From the NCBI GenBank assembly GCA_051382305.1, contig JBBCAV010000169.1, positions 1 through 47,042 of the forward strand: DNA of 47,042 nt, in the 5' to 3' direction. Under the pieces are notes generated by a model. It saw only the letters and a list, made by a program, of their open reading frames with translations, was not told the DNA's origin and searched no databases. The first letter of the stretch is position 1. Every line of letters starts with the position of its first letter. This DNA comes from Bdellovibrionota bacterium FG-2. GTDB taxonomy: Bacteria > Bdellovibrionota > UBA1018. The translations under genes were made by a program, and so were the position numbers. Shown in pieces: positions 1 to 10,336 of the stretch.

Positions 1-206
1 AAACTGCCGTAGAACATCGGACCCAACAGGTCCAGGGTCTTCTGTTGTCCACCGATTCCGACGTTTTTTTGTTTGCGGTGCGTTGGGCTTTTGAAGCCCT
101 AATTCAAGTCAGGTTTGCGAACTGCTGGGCCCGCTCAGTCTATCTAGGTTTACGGCCCTCGCGCAATCTCATGTTTAGTAAGCAGCTCTCGTCATCTTAG
201 CCAGCC

Positions 207-872
207 CTATCGCACTGTCACCCTTGAGCAATACAGCTGAAAATACGTGAAGGCTGCTTCGTTGTTATCGACGCGAAAGCGCAGCTTCAGACCACTTGCG
301 ACTTCACTGTCCCCGCATTCGAGGAATGTTTTGCTATCGTTATCTTGAACAGGGGTCAGCAGCAGTTCCGAAATTCCAAGTTGGCGGTTAGAAATTTCAA
401 ATAGTTTTTTTGTCGTATCAACCTTAGAAGTGCCGCATTGAATTCTAAAATTTTTGGAGTATTGATCATCAATAACTCGAATCCCTGTGATGTAATCGCC
501 CGTATTCGTATCCGGAAAAGAGCCGTCGAGAGAATTACACGCGCCCACGGCCGGGTTGGAGAGCCAATTATTGAGGTTAGGGGTTCGCTTGATTCCGGCT
601 TCTTGAGGAAGTTTGATTCCGGCAGGGCTCTTACACCACATCCGAATCCAGGTGATCGACTTGTACGTGCCCCAAACGGAACTCTGTGTCTCGATCATGG
701 AGAGGCGGTCGCCGGTAGCGCATTTCAGGTCGACGTTTTGAACGGTCCCTTCTCGATCTTTTCTTGCCGGCGCGGACTGAGTGTCGAGCACGCCTTTTTC
801 AATATCAAGCGTGGTCGCGAAGGCGGGGGACATATGAAACGCGGACGCGGCAAGGGCAATTGCAAATAGCAT
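207..872 (-). CDS. Secreted Cys-containing protein, possible VMO-I/beta-prism I lectin-like fold
   Basis: Signal peptide (MLFAIALAASAFHMSPAFA), GGAG RBS upstream, and three Cys-bounded repeats (C..GD/E...G/S.r......i/f.l.C). Confidence 0.6.
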   Translation of the reverse strand: MLFAIALAASAFHMSPAFATTLDIEKGVLDTQSAPARKDREGTVQNVDLKCATGDRLSMIETQSSVWGTYKSITWIRMWCKSPAGIKLPQEAGIKRTPNLNNWLSNPAVGACNSLDGSFPDTNTGDYITGIRVIDDQYSKNFRIQCGTSKVDTTKKLFEISNRQLGISELLLTPVQDNDSKTFLECGDSEVASGLKLRFRVDNNEAAFTYFQLYCSRVTVR

Positions 873-965
873 GAGAGGTTCTCCTATAGGAGGGCGTGAG
901 TAACCTCAAAGAGGGGAAAAGTAAATGATGGAGTTGGAATGGGCGCTATTTAAGCCCAGGTTTGC

Positions 966-2126
966 TCAAACCCCAAAAACCTTGTCAAAAAAGCTCTCCC
1001 AATGCTCACACTGGACGTTGCCGTCTTCGCCAGCCCGTGAAGAAACCTTATCCTGACTCACTAGGAAAAGTGAGGTGGGTTTCAGGGGGGCGGCAATTCG
1101 CGCAAGTTTTGCAGCGTCAGAGGGATGGGCATGGTTGGACGATTTTATTTCAACTGCGATGACTTCTTTATTGCGGCTCAAGATGAGATCAATTTCACCA
1201 CCGGCTGAAGTTTGGTAATGCGAAATCTGGTAATCCTTCTGAGTATAATGATTGAGACGAATCGTCTCCGTTACGATAAAATGCTCAAAAGCGGCGCCGT
1301 ATTCGGGCGAGCCACTGATGAGGGTGTTGTCGAGTGATTGCCCAAGAGCGCGCTTGATCCCTAGGTCAAAAAGATAAAATTTTGGCTGAAGTTTGACGGA
1401 CTTTCTCGCTGATTTTGTATACGCATTTACGAAAGTGCCTATCAAGGTGTCTTCGAGAATCTGAAAAAACGACTGGATGGTTTTATGATCCGCTCCGACG
1501 TCCTTGGCGATTTTGGAAAAATTAAGAGTCTCCCTGTTTTCTTGTGCCGCTACTTCTAGGAAGTTTCGAAAGGCCAGGCTATTCCTGACAATCTGTTCCT
1601 GAAGGATCTCTTCTTTCAAATAGGTGATGCAATAGGCCTTCAGGTAATCGATTCTGTCTTCCTTATCGAGATGAATGATTGAGGGCAGAGTTCCCCATTG
1701 AAGGGCGTCTTGTAGGTTGAACTTTGACCCTAACTCACGATGGGTGAGTGGAAACATTTGGTGGTGACTCGCGCGCCCCGCCAGCAGATTAGATCCGGCG
1801 CGTTTCAATTTTCTGGCAGAGGATCCGGTGAGGACAAACTTTAGGGAGCTTGATTCAATAATTTCGTGCACTACGTCGAGTAATTTTGGAACCTTTTGAA
1901 TTTCATCGATTACCACCCATTTTATTTTTGGGTTGAGTGCCGCCACATCGTTGATCAAAAGATCAGGGGACTGGGAGTACCGGCGTTCCCACTGATCGAG
2001 AAGCAGATTGATGTAGTGATGTTCAATGCCCCATTGCTTTTTGATGAAGGTGTATTTGCCTACCCCTCTTGCTCCAAAAAGAAAGAAACTGCGAGCGGGC
2101 CGGACTTTGAGTGCGCGCGGGAACAT
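966..2126 (-). CDS. AAA_14 + DUF4143 ATP-binding protein
   Basis: GARGVGK Walker A, VVIDEIQKVP Walker B, LTGSSARKL, LAGRA, PKFYLFDLG, and C-terminal GEIDL...VEIKS PD-(D/E)XK-like motif. Confidence 0.9.
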   Translation of the reverse strand: MFPRALKVRPARSFFLFGARGVGKYTFIKKQWGIEHHYINLLLDQWERRYSQSPDLLINDVAALNPKIKWVVIDEIQKVPKLLDVVHEIIESSSLKFVLTGSSARKLKRAGSNLLAGRASHHQMFPLTHRELGSKFNLQDALQWGTLPSIIHLDKEDRIDYLKAYCITYLKEEILQEQIVRNSLAFRNFLEVAAQENRETLNFSKIAKDVGADHKTIQSFFQILEDTLIGTFVNAYTKSARKSVKLQPKFYLFDLGIKRALGQSLDNTLISGSPEYGAAFEHFIVTETIRLNHYTQKDYQISHYQTSAGGEIDLILSRNKEVIAVEIKSSNHAHPSDAAKLARIAAPLKPTSLFLVSQDKVSSRAGEDGNVQCEHWESFFDKVFGV

Positions 2127-2133
2127 ATTCCCA

Positions 2134-2163
2134 ATTTTAGACCATTTTAGGGAGTGAGGTCAA
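2134..2163 (-). promoter_or_regulatory. Sigma70 promoter, probably leaderless, for the AAA ATPase
   Basis: TTGACC-18nt-TAAAAT, ending 7 nt before the ATG at 2126; no SD. Confidence 0.6.
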
Positions 2164-2523
2164 TAGCCTCTTTTGCTTGCGATAAAAGCCCTTAATTTCC
2201 AACAGTTGCCGACGCAGGCGCCGTGCTTGGAGCAGGCGGCCCTGCCTCAGGAGCCAAATCGGGTTTGTCTTCGTCAGATGCGATCTTCCTTTTTGAAAGG
2301 GCGATACGAGGGCCGAATGCGTGTTGCGGCTGTCGCTGAGTGCATGATTTTGCCGTGTGTCTAGCGGGTTGTCAGTTTGGTGGCTCACATTTCCGAACAA
2401 ACCCGAAAATTAACTAATGAACTTCAGCCCTCTTGCCACAACGCCTCTGCACTAAAAATCAATGACGCGCCAAGCATCAAAAATTGCTCGGATCCCTATA
2501 AGTGTCCGTGCTAAACCCCTCCT

Positions 2524-3423
2524 ATGCGTGGCGTATGGACAGCTCTTGTAACCCCATTTTCTACTACTAACGAACTCGATCTGAAGGCCTATCGAAAGAT
2601 CATCGAAGACCAGATCGATGCTAAAATAACCGGAATCATTCCTTGTGGCACCACGGGCGAATCACCCACCCTCACCCAAGAAGAAAAAAAGGCGCTCATT
2701 CAAACTGCGCTTGAACTCACCAAAGGCACTGCCAAAAAAGTTGTGGCAGGTACCGGGAGCAACAACACGCAATCCACTGTGGAATTTTCAAAATGGGCCT
2801 CCGACCAAGGTGTCGCTGGCGTTCTGGTGGTCACTCCTTATTACAATAAACCCAGCCAAGCGGGACTCGAAGCGCACTTTCGCGCGGTCGCCGATGCGGT
2901 CAAATGCGAAGTCATCCTTTATAATGTCCCCGGACGTGCTGGCGTAAGTCTCGCGGCAACCACCATCGCTAAACTCTGCGATCATCCTCGCATTACGACG
3001 GTCAAAGAGGCCTCCGGCAATCTCACTTTCATTAGCGAAATTTTAGATATGCTCGCTCTCGTCGGGAGAAAATCAGACATTCTCTCGGGAGACGACGCGA
3101 GCTATTTACCGATTCTCTCCGTCGGCGGCGTCGGCGTGATCTCGGTCTCTAGTAATTTGTTCCCTCGTGCGATGGTCGCCCTCCAGAGCGCTTTTGAAAA
3201 AGGCAAGCTGGATGAAGCGCGCGCGATTCACCAAAAATACTACCCACTTTTCCGCGACCTTTTTGTGGAATCCAATCCCGTCCCCATAAAGTACGCCATG
3301 GCCGAAGCAGGGTTCTGTCTGGATCACGTCCGAGCGCCTCTTTCGTTAATGAGCGATGAGAGCCGTCGTAAACTCGTCGAGAGCTTAAAGCGTTGCGGGG
3401 TATCTCGCGGAGTGCGTTTGTGA
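2524..3423 (+). CDS. dapA: 4-hydroxy-tetrahydrodipicolinate synthase
   Basis: GTTGES, PYYNKP, YNVPGR, KEASG and ESNPVPIK motifs. Confidence 0.96.
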   Translation: MRGVWTALVTPFSTTNELDLKAYRKIIEDQIDAKITGIIPCGTTGESPTLTQEEKKALIQTALELTKGTAKKVVAGTGSNNTQSTVEFSKWASDQGVAGVLVVTPYYNKPSQAGLEAHFRAVADAVKCEVILYNVPGRAGVSLAATTIAKLCDHPRITTVKEASGNLTFISEILDMLALVGRKSDILSGDDASYLPILSVGGVGVISVSSNLFPRAMVALQSAFEKGKLDEARAIHQKYYPLFRDLFVESNPVPIKYAMAEAGFCLDHVRAPLSLMSDESRRKLVESLKRCGVSRGVRL

Positions 3424-4088
3424 TTAAGCTTGGCCTTTTGGGCGCCACCGGAAGAATGGGCCAAAAGGTCGAAGGCCTCATTGAGAAATCTTATTCGAAT
3501 CGGGTCACCCTTGCCCCCCTTTTGAGGTGTGAGGTCGTCATTGATTTCTCGTCCCCCCAGGGGGTCCTTGCACTCGTTGAGTCTATGGGGGCGGCCCAAC
3601 TGCCTGTCTACGTCATCGGAAGCACCGGCTGGACCCAAGAACAGCAGCGCGAACTCGAGCCCTTGTTTGAAAAAACGCTGGTCGTCCAATCCTCAAACTT
3701 TTCCCTCGGAGTACTCGCTTTTCAACACATCTTAAGAGGTACGGCCCCGCTCTTGAGCCGCTTAGGATATATCCCGTCGATTGTTGAAACCCATCACATT
3801 CATAAAAAAGATGCGCCCAGCGGAACGGCAATTTCGATTCAGAAAATATTGAACCCCAACGCCCCTGGGGCGATCGCTACGCAGAGCATAAGAGAGGGTG
3901 AGGTCGTAGGCGATCATTTGATTACCTTTCAAGGCCCTGAGGATAGAATTCAAATGGGTCACTTCGCCGAGGACCGAGCGATCTTCGCGCGCGGCGCCAT
4001 AGAAGTGGCACTCTGGCTTTTCCAAAAAAGAGTCGACCAGCCTCGGGCGAAAGGTCGCGTCCCGATCGAAGATTTTTTAACGACCTAG
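3420..4088 (+). CDS. dapB: 4-hydroxy-tetrahydrodipicolinate reductase
   Basis: GATGRMG, IDFS, GSTG, SNFSLG, ETHHIHKKDAPSGTA; the GTG start overlaps the dapA stop (GTGA). Confidence 0.93.
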   Translation: MIKLGLLGATGRMGQKVEGLIEKSYSNRVTLAPLLRCEVVIDFSSPQGVLALVESMGAAQLPVYVIGSTGWTQEQQRELEPLFEKTLVVQSSNFSLGVLAFQHILRGTAPLLSRLGYIPSIVETHHIHKKDAPSGTAISIQKILNPNAPGAIATQSIREGEVVGDHLITFQGPEDRIQMGHFAEDRAIFARGAIEVALWLFQKRVDQPRAKGRVPIEDFLTT

Positions 4089-4149
4089 CCCCCGGAAACG
4101 TAGAAATTCGGTTGCAGAGAATCATAATTCGCCGGTATAACAATGGCAT

Positions 4150-4923
4150 ATGAACATCTACGTCTGTCTCAAACAAACCCCGGATACTGAAACTAAAATC
4201 AAACTCACTGCTGATTCAAGCGGGATTGATACCGCAGGAATCAAGTGGATTGTTTCTCCCTATGATGAGTTGGCCATCGAAGAGGCGCTTAGACTTAAGG
4301 AAAAAAATCCAGGCAGCACCGTGACCGCGGTCTCCGCAGGTCCTGCTCGCGTTGTCGAAGCGATTCGCACAGCTCTTGCGATGGGCGCTGATACTGGGAT
4401 TCATATTGAGATTCCAGAAATGGCAGACAGCAATCTCACAGCAAAAGCTCTAGCCGGCGCGCTGAAAAAAGAAGCTAAAGTAGACATTCTTTTTACCGGC
4501 AAAGAAGCCATCGATGATGGCGCAGCTCAAGTTTCCCAGCTCGTGGCTGAGTACATGGGTTTCCCTTACGTCACTTCACTCGTCGGCGCTGAGTACAGCG
4601 CAACGGCTGTGAAAGCGAAGCGCGAAATCGAAGGCGGCGCTTTTGAAATGATCGAAATTCAGCTCCCCGCCCTTTTTGCTGCTCAAAAGGGCCTCAACGA
4701 ACCTCGCTACGCCAGCTTGCCCAACATTATGAAGGCGAAGAAAAAAGCAGTGAAGGCATTGAAACTTGCTGATGTGGGTTGTTCCGATGCGGATCAGAAA
4801 CTTCGGTTCAAGAATTTCCAACTTCCACCGCCAAAACAAGCCGGGAAGAAGATCGCGGGAGATGCTGCGACTCAGGCAAAAGAACTTGTACGTATGCTCC
4901 ATGAAGAAGCAAAGGTGATCTAA
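4150..4923 (+). CDS. etfB: Electron transfer flavoprotein beta subunit
   Basis: KQTPD, PYDELAIEEAL, ALAMGAD, GKEAID, NEPRYASL. Confidence 0.95.
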   Translation: MNIYVCLKQTPDTETKIKLTADSSGIDTAGIKWIVSPYDELAIEEALRLKEKNPGSTVTAVSAGPARVVEAIRTALAMGADTGIHIEIPEMADSNLTAKALAGALKKEAKVDILFTGKEAIDDGAAQVSQLVAEYMGFPYVTSLVGAEYSATAVKAKREIEGGAFEMIEIQLPALFAAQKGLNEPRYASLPNIMKAKKKAVKALKLADVGCSDADQKLRFKNFQLPPPKQAGKKIAGDAATQAKELVRMLHEEAKVI

Positions 4924-4924
4924 A

Positions 4925-5893
4925 ATGGCTAAAATTTTCGTTATTGCTGAACATCGTGATGGAAAACTCAAAAAAACAACGTTTGAACTGTTGGGCGCAT
5001 CAGCGGCCGCAGGCAACGAAACTCATGCCGTTCTGTTGGGAGAAGGCGTGGCGGAGCTCGCAAAAGAACTGGCTCACTACGGGGCGCAGAAGGTTCATCT
5101 TGCTGAAAACGCTGGGTTGAAATTCTATTCCGCTGAAGCCTATTGCAACGTGATTGCTCCCTTGGTTGCGGCACAAAAACCTGATGTGATCTTGGGTTCT
5201 CATTCCCCAACGGGACGAGATTTCATGCCCAGATTGGCGGCTCGTTTGAATGTAGGTTTGGCCAGCGATTGCACTCAGCTTGCTTTTGATGGCGCGAAAA
5301 TCAAGGTTCGCCGCCCGGTTTATTCAGGCAAAGCCACTGTTGAAGTGGAGTTCTTGGGTAGCGGTCCTCAAATGGCTACAATTCGGCCGAATGCTTTGGG
5401 CGTTCCAAAGCCTGATACTTCAAAAACTGCCGAAACGATGGCTTGCGCCGCCGATGTTGGCGCGGTGAAGTCCAAGGTTCTTGAAGTCGTTAAGGGTGCG
5501 AGCGCTCGCCCTGATGTGACCGAAGCTTCGATCGTGGTTTCTGGTGGTCGGGCGATGAAGAGCGCCGAGAATTTCAAGATTCTTGAAGAAATGGCTGACG
5601 TATTGGGTGCCGCTGTCGGTGCTTCTCGTGCCGCAGTGGATGCTGGATATCGTCCACATCGCGATCAAGTGGGACAGACGGGTAAAGTTGTGGCCCCCGT
5701 CCTTTATATCGCTTGCGGAATCAGCGGCGCCATCCAGCATCTCGCCGGAATGCGTACTTCCAAGTGCATCGTAGCGGTGAACACGGATCCTGAAGCGCCG
5801 ATTTACCAGATTGCGGACTACGGCGTTGTCGGAGATCTCTTTAACGTCGTTCCCGTTCTCAAAGACGAATTTAAGAAAATTAAAGAACACTGA
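4925..5893 (+). CDS. etfA: Electron transfer flavoprotein alpha subunit
   Basis: RPVYSG, VVSGGR, VGASRAAVDAG, QVGQTGK, GISGAIQH. Confidence 0.96.
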   Translation: MAKIFVIAEHRDGKLKKTTFELLGASAAAGNETHAVLLGEGVAELAKELAHYGAQKVHLAENAGLKFYSAEAYCNVIAPLVAAQKPDVILGSHSPTGRDFMPRLAARLNVGLASDCTQLAFDGAKIKVRRPVYSGKATVEVEFLGSGPQMATIRPNALGVPKPDTSKTAETMACAADVGAVKSKVLEVVKGASARPDVTEASIVVSGGRAMKSAENFKILEEMADVLGAAVGASRAAVDAGYRPHRDQVGQTGKVVAPVLYIACGISGAIQHLAGMRTSKCIVAVNTDPEAPIYQIADYGVVGDLFNVVPVLKDEFKKIKEH

Positions 5894-5902
5894 GGAGTCT
5901 TG

Positions 5903-7879
5903 ATGACTTGGCAGACTTTTGTGTTTATTGCGGTGGCGGGAGCAGCGTTTGGATATTCAGGATATCGTTTCACCCTCCTTTATAAGATGGCGAAAGCGCA
6001 CAAGGCTAAGGCCTATCGCCTTGATCGTATTTGTGAACGAGTTCTGACTGCGTTTGCTAATGTCTTGGGACAAAAAGCGGTCCTTCGCAAAAGAGCTGCC
6101 GGCATCATGCACGCGACGATCTTCTGGGGATTCATCCTGATCTCTATCGGGACGCTTGAGCAGTTCGTCTCTACGATCTATCAACCGGCTAATTTTGAGT
6201 TTATCGGTCATTCTGCTTTTTCAGTGCTTGTCTTTGCTCAGGACATTTTTACCCTCGGTATCTTGCTCGCCCTCGGTTACGCCTCGTATCGTCGATACAT
6301 CATTCGTCCAGAGGGCTTGGGTAAGTCTCGTGATGCCACGATCGTTATTTGTATGACCAGCTCGTTGATGTTCGCAATTCTGCTCATGAATGCCTTTTTG
6401 ATTTTGGGTGAGGATCCTTGGTTCAAGGACGCCTTGCCTGTTTCTTCGTTTCTCGCAGGAATTTTTTCCGGACTCTCCCTGAGTACTGAGACCTCACAGA
6501 TTCTTCATGTGGTCTTCAAGTGGATTCACATGTTGATCGTGCTGGGTTTCGCGGTTTACATTCCGCGCTCTAAACACTTGCATTTGGTCGCCGCTGTTCC
6601 TAATACTTTTTTTCGTAGCCTTGATCGCGCAAAGGGGATCAAACCGATCAATTTTGAGGACGAAGCTGTCACGCAATATGGGGCTGCTAAGATTACGGAT
6701 TTGAGTTGGAAAGACGCTCTTGATTATTACTCATGCACAGAATGTGGACGCTGTCAGGACCTCTGCCCGGCCTATAACACGCAAAAGCCTCTTTCGCCAA
6801 AAGCGTTGATTATGGATTTGAAAGATAATCTGTATCGCAACAAGGAGAAGGTTCTTGCTGGCAAAGATGACGAGATTACCCCGCTTATTGATGAGAATAT
6901 TACAGAAGACGTGATTTGGGCTTGTACCTCATGTCGAGCTTGCGAAATTGCGTGTCCGGTCTTTATTGAACACACGGACAAGATTTTTGAGATTCGCAAG
7001 AATTTGGTGATGATGGAATCGAAGTTTCCCGCCGAAGTTCAAGCGGTTTTCAAAAATATGGAAACCAATGCCACACCTTGGGCTTTTAGTTCCGCGGATC
7101 GTGCGCAATGGGCAGATGGACTTTCGATTAAGATCGCGGCTGAAGATCAAAACTTTGATGTACTTTTGTGGGTCGGTTGCGCGGGTGCCTATGACGAGCG
7201 TAATAAAAAGGTGATGCGTGCGTTTGCGAGCATTCTCAAGAAAGCAGGCGTGAAGTTTGCGATTTTGGGAACTGAAGAGCAGTGTACAGGGGATTCGGCA
7301 CGCCGAATCGGAAACGAATATCTGTTTCAGACTCTTGCTAAGGCCAACATTGAGACTTTGAATCGTTACAATGTCAAGAAGGTCGTTACGGCTTGCCCTC
7401 ACTGTTTTAATACGATTAAGAATGAATACGGCGTGTTTGGTGGGAACTATGATGTGATTCATCACTCCGAGTTTATTGCGCAGTTGATTGCTGAAGGGAA
7501 AATCAAGCCCTCAAAAGCGCTGGAGGAAACGATTACGTTTCATGACAGTTGTTATATGGGTCGGTGGAACGGTATTTATAGTCAGCCTCGTGACGTGCTC
7601 AATTCTTTGCCCTCTGCGCGAGTGGTTGAGATGTCTCAGAACCATGATCAAAGCATGTGCTGTGGTGCGGGCGGGGGCCGGATGTGGATGGAAGAAAAGA
7701 TCGGCGCCCGGATCAATGATAAGCGGACCGAACAGGCGCTCGCCACGAAGGCTGGTGTGATTGCTTCTTCTTGCCCCTTTTGTCTGACGATGCTGGGCGA
7801 TGGTGTCAAAACCAAAGAGATGAGTGACAAGGTTCGCGTGATGGATATCGCGGAGCTTATTGATCAATCGACTTCCTGA
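5903..7879 (+). CDS. Membrane-bound Fe-S oxidoreductase (FadF / ETF:menaquinone oxidoreductase-like)
   Basis: N-terminal TM helices, two CxxCxxCxxxCP motifs, two CCG domains (WVGC, CPHC, HDSC, CCGAGGG, CPFC); operonic with etfBA; GAGGAG RBS. Confidence 0.9.
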   Translation: MTWQTFVFIAVAGAAFGYSGYRFTLLYKMAKAHKAKAYRLDRICERVLTAFANVLGQKAVLRKRAAGIMHATIFWGFILISIGTLEQFVSTIYQPANFEFIGHSAFSVLVFAQDIFTLGILLALGYASYRRYIIRPEGLGKSRDATIVICMTSSLMFAILLMNAFLILGEDPWFKDALPVSSFLAGIFSGLSLSTETSQILHVVFKWIHMLIVLGFAVYIPRSKHLHLVAAVPNTFFRSLDRAKGIKPINFEDEAVTQYGAAKITDLSWKDALDYYSCTECGRCQDLCPAYNTQKPLSPKALIMDLKDNLYRNKEKVLAGKDDEITPLIDENITEDVIWACTSCRACEIACPVFIEHTDKIFEIRKNLVMMESKFPAEVQAVFKNMETNATPWAFSSADRAQWADGLSIKIAAEDQNFDVLLWVGCAGAYDERNKKVMRAFASILKKAGVKFAILGTEEQCTGDSARRIGNEYLFQTLAKANIETLNRYNVKKVVTACPHCFNTIKNEYGVFGGNYDVIHHSEFIAQLIAEGKIKPSKALEETITFHDSCYMGRWNGIYSQPRDVLNSLPSARVVEMSQNHDQSMCCGAGGGRMWMEEKIGARINDKRTEQALATKAGVIASSCPFCLTMLGDGVKTKEMSDKVRVMDIAELIDQSTS

Positions 7880-8018
7880 ACTAGCCACTTGTGTATTTCA
7901 TAGACACTCCAATGGCTGGCGAACTGGCCATAAGTGTCTGAAATTATGTAGCATTGTTAAACGTACGTCTGTGGCACCCCTCTTGCTTTTTCTCCAGCAA
8001 GAGAGAAGGAGTGCCTTT

Positions 8019-8807
8019 ATGAAATCAAAATTTATTCCCCTGTTTGCAGTGACTGCTTTTTCAATCGGTTTTGCCGCCCCATCCGCATGGGCAGATGAGC
8101 CCAACCACGAAGTTAGAATCGAAGCGCGGGTCATGGGATATGAACCGGGGGCGGGAACTGTTTCGGACCCCGATCTGTCTAAAAAACAAGGCGGTGGCCA
8201 GGAGGCCGTTCATTGGGCCTATGATTTTAAGAATGGACATCTGATTTCAATTGATGCCGCTTCAGGCGCCGTCGTGAATGGCAATCCCACTGCCCCATCG
8301 ACGCCAGTGCGAAACCTCCAATTAGGATCCCGGTTCTTGAAAACGCCTACGCAAATTGAAGCTAATGCTCGGCTCGTGGATGAAACTCCGGCCTCGGGGA
8401 TTTCGACGCTGCAAGCGGGCGCGCGCTTCAATCACAAAGGCGGTCATACTTCTGTCTTGCTCCAAGGCGGACTTTACTGGGATCGCATCGAAAACAACTT
8501 TGGCTATATTGCAGGACCTCAGGTTGAGTCCGAAATTACCCCCGTTGATTTTCTCACGCTTCGCGCTGCTGTAGAAGCAGGCCTAATTACGGGTCGAAAC
8601 ATTGACCTCGGAGTGGCAGGTCGTGGTCTCGCTGGTGTCCGGGTTAACTTTGAAAAAGAACACCCTTCCTTTATTGAACTTCGGGCTACCTACGAAAATG
8701 CCCAGTATAAAGATCTTCAGGGTGCAGACGTTGAGCGCTCGGGACTAGGTGCGATGGTTGTCTTTGGAATTTCTGAGGGTGCTTCTTCCGCGAGCGATAA
8801 GCAGTAA
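8019..8807 (+). CDS. Hypothetical secreted / outer-membrane beta-strand-rich protein
   Basis: AGGAG RBS before ATG 8019, signal peptide ending AWA, alternating amphipathic beta-strand pattern. Confidence 0.6.
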   Translation: MKSKFIPLFAVTAFSIGFAAPSAWADEPNHEVRIEARVMGYEPGAGTVSDPDLSKKQGGGQEAVHWAYDFKNGHLISIDAASGAVVNGNPTAPSTPVRNLQLGSRFLKTPTQIEANARLVDETPASGISTLQAGARFNHKGGHTSVLLQGGLYWDRIENNFGYIAGPQVESEITPVDFLTLRAAVEAGLITGRNIDLGVAGRGLAGVRVNFEKEHPSFIELRATYENAQYKDLQGADVERSGLGAMVVFGISEGASSASDKQ

Positions 8808-9269
8808 CCCCAGACCCTCTGCCCCGCAAAAAAACGGAGTGGCAAAATGTAGCAGGTGCGCCCCGAGGGTGGATGTGGGTTGTACAGGAAACGCAAGCCC
8901 CGTAAATGGCCACAAAAGAGCGGAAATGTATGGCTCTCCCGGAAGAATCGTAAAATAATCTGCGATGGCATCAAGCAAAAGATGAGTGGCAGTTCCTAGA
9001 GCAAGCGCGGCTAGCAAGCGTGATCGGCGAAGGAGTGTGGCCGCACAAAGGGTCGCAAGAAACAATGCGGTATGGCCAAAAGTTCTTCCGCTGCTAATGA
9101 GCCCCAACTCTAACCCTCTTTTTCCGGTCGTCCAGACAAGCGCATAATACAGGGGTTTATCGAGGATGTCGGGGAGCAGTGTTCCTACAAGAACTAGGCG
9201 CCAGGATAAGCGTTTAGCCCAGGGCTTTGCGAGGGTGAGTCCGAATCCAAGGTGTCCAAAAATAAACAT
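8745..9269 (-). CDS. YdjM-family metal-dependent hydrolase
   Basis: MFIFGH, LLPDILDKP, RTFGHT and HLLLD motifs. Confidence 0.85.
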   Translation of the reverse strand: MFIFGHLGFGLTLAKPWAKRLSWRLVLVGTLLPDILDKPLYYALVWTTGKRGLELGLISSGRTFGHTALFLATLCAATLLRRSRLLAALALGTATHLLLDAIADYFTILPGEPYISALLWPFTGLAFPVQPTSTLGAHLLHFATPFFCGAEGLGLLLIARGRSTLRNSKDNHRT

Positions 9270-9277
9270 CCAATTCC

Positions 9278-10336
9278 TTACGAAGAAGTAACGACGATTT
9301 TTCCGAAGACGCGCCGATCTTCCAGCCGCGCGAGAGCCTCGGGAAGTTTCTCCATCGGCAAAACGGTATCGACCACGGCGTGAAGTTTCTTTTGCTTTAC
9401 AAGCTCGAGCACTTGCATCAAGTCTGCCTTGCTTCCCATGGTGGAGCCCAACACAGAAAGGTTTTTGAAGAAAAGTGCTTTAAGATCCAAATTGACCTCA
9501 GCGCCAGAGGTCGCGCCACACGTAACAAATTTTCCGCCCCAACTCAGGGCTCGCATGCTGTCTGGAAAAGTCGACGCGCCCACGTGATCAAATGCGACGT
9601 CACAGCCTTTTCGTCCGATTTGGACTAGTATTTTTTTGAGCTCGTCTTTGAATGACTGAGACTTGTATTGAATCACAAAGTCAGCCCCGAGATCGCGCGC
9701 TTTTTGAATCTTAGAGTCATCTCCGACCGTCGTGATGACGTTGGCTCCCAAAAGTTTGATCATTTGAATGAGCGCGACGGAAACTCCGCTTCCTCCCGCC
9801 TGCACCAAAACCCATTGTCCGGGTTTGATCTGCGCCTTACGGGTAACCATCGACCAAGCGGTAACATAAGGAATCGGTAGCGATGCCGCCTCCGCAAGTG
9901 CAAGACCTGCGGGGCGTGCAATAACTTGGGAGAGGGGTGCAATCACGAAATCTGCGCAACCGCCATCTTGGGTTTCGCCCAATATCCCAAAATTCTTGCA
10001 AAGCGGGTGAAATCCCCCTAGGCACGCCTCGCAACGATCGCACGAAACCACAGGGTTTAGGATTACGTCTGAGCCTTGCTTGAATCCTTCTTTCGCCAAG
10101 GTTTTTTCAGAGCCCGGGCCAAATGAATCAATAACGCCACAAATATCGCATCCAGGAATCAGAGGCAGCGGGAACTTGAAACCTGGAACTCCTTTGCGTG
10201 CCCACACATCTAGGTGATTAAGTCCCACGGCCTGGACTCGTACGCGAATCTCCATGGGACCTGCAACCGGATCGTCGACATCTACTCGCTTGAGAACCTC
10301 GGGCCCGCCATGCCGCTCAATTCGCCAAGCTTTCAT
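9278..10336 (-). CDS. Zinc-binding alcohol dehydrogenase / quinone oxidoreductase family protein
   Basis: NHLD, PLIPGCD, CDRCEACLGG...C structural Zn site, GGSGV, GSTMG, GKIVV. Confidence 0.9.
   Translation of the reverse strand: MKAWRIERHGGPEVLKRVDVDDPVAGPMEIRVRVQAVGLNHLDVWARKGVPGFKFPLPLIPGCDICGVIDSFGPGSEKTLAKEGFKQGSDVILNPVVSCDRCEACLGGFHPLCKNFGILGETQDGGCADFVIAPLSQVIARPAGLALAEAASLPIPYVTAWSMVTRKAQIKPGQWVLVQAGGSGVSVALIQMIKLLGANVITTVGDDSKIQKARDLGADFVIQYKSQSFKDELKKILVQIGRKGCDVAFDHVGASTFPDSMRALSWGGKFVTCGATSGAEVNLDLKALFFKNLSVLGSTMGSKADLMQVLELVKQKKLHAVVDTVLPMEKLPEALARLEDRRVFGKIVVTSS

Noticed and set aside
2137-2400. Small ORFs between the AAA ATPase and dapA
   Set aside because: No recognisable motif or RBS; likely noncoding or remnant DNA.
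4150-7879. etfBA plus Fe-S oxidoreductase as a novel system
   Set aside because: A well-known arrangement for acyl-CoA oxidation electron transfer.
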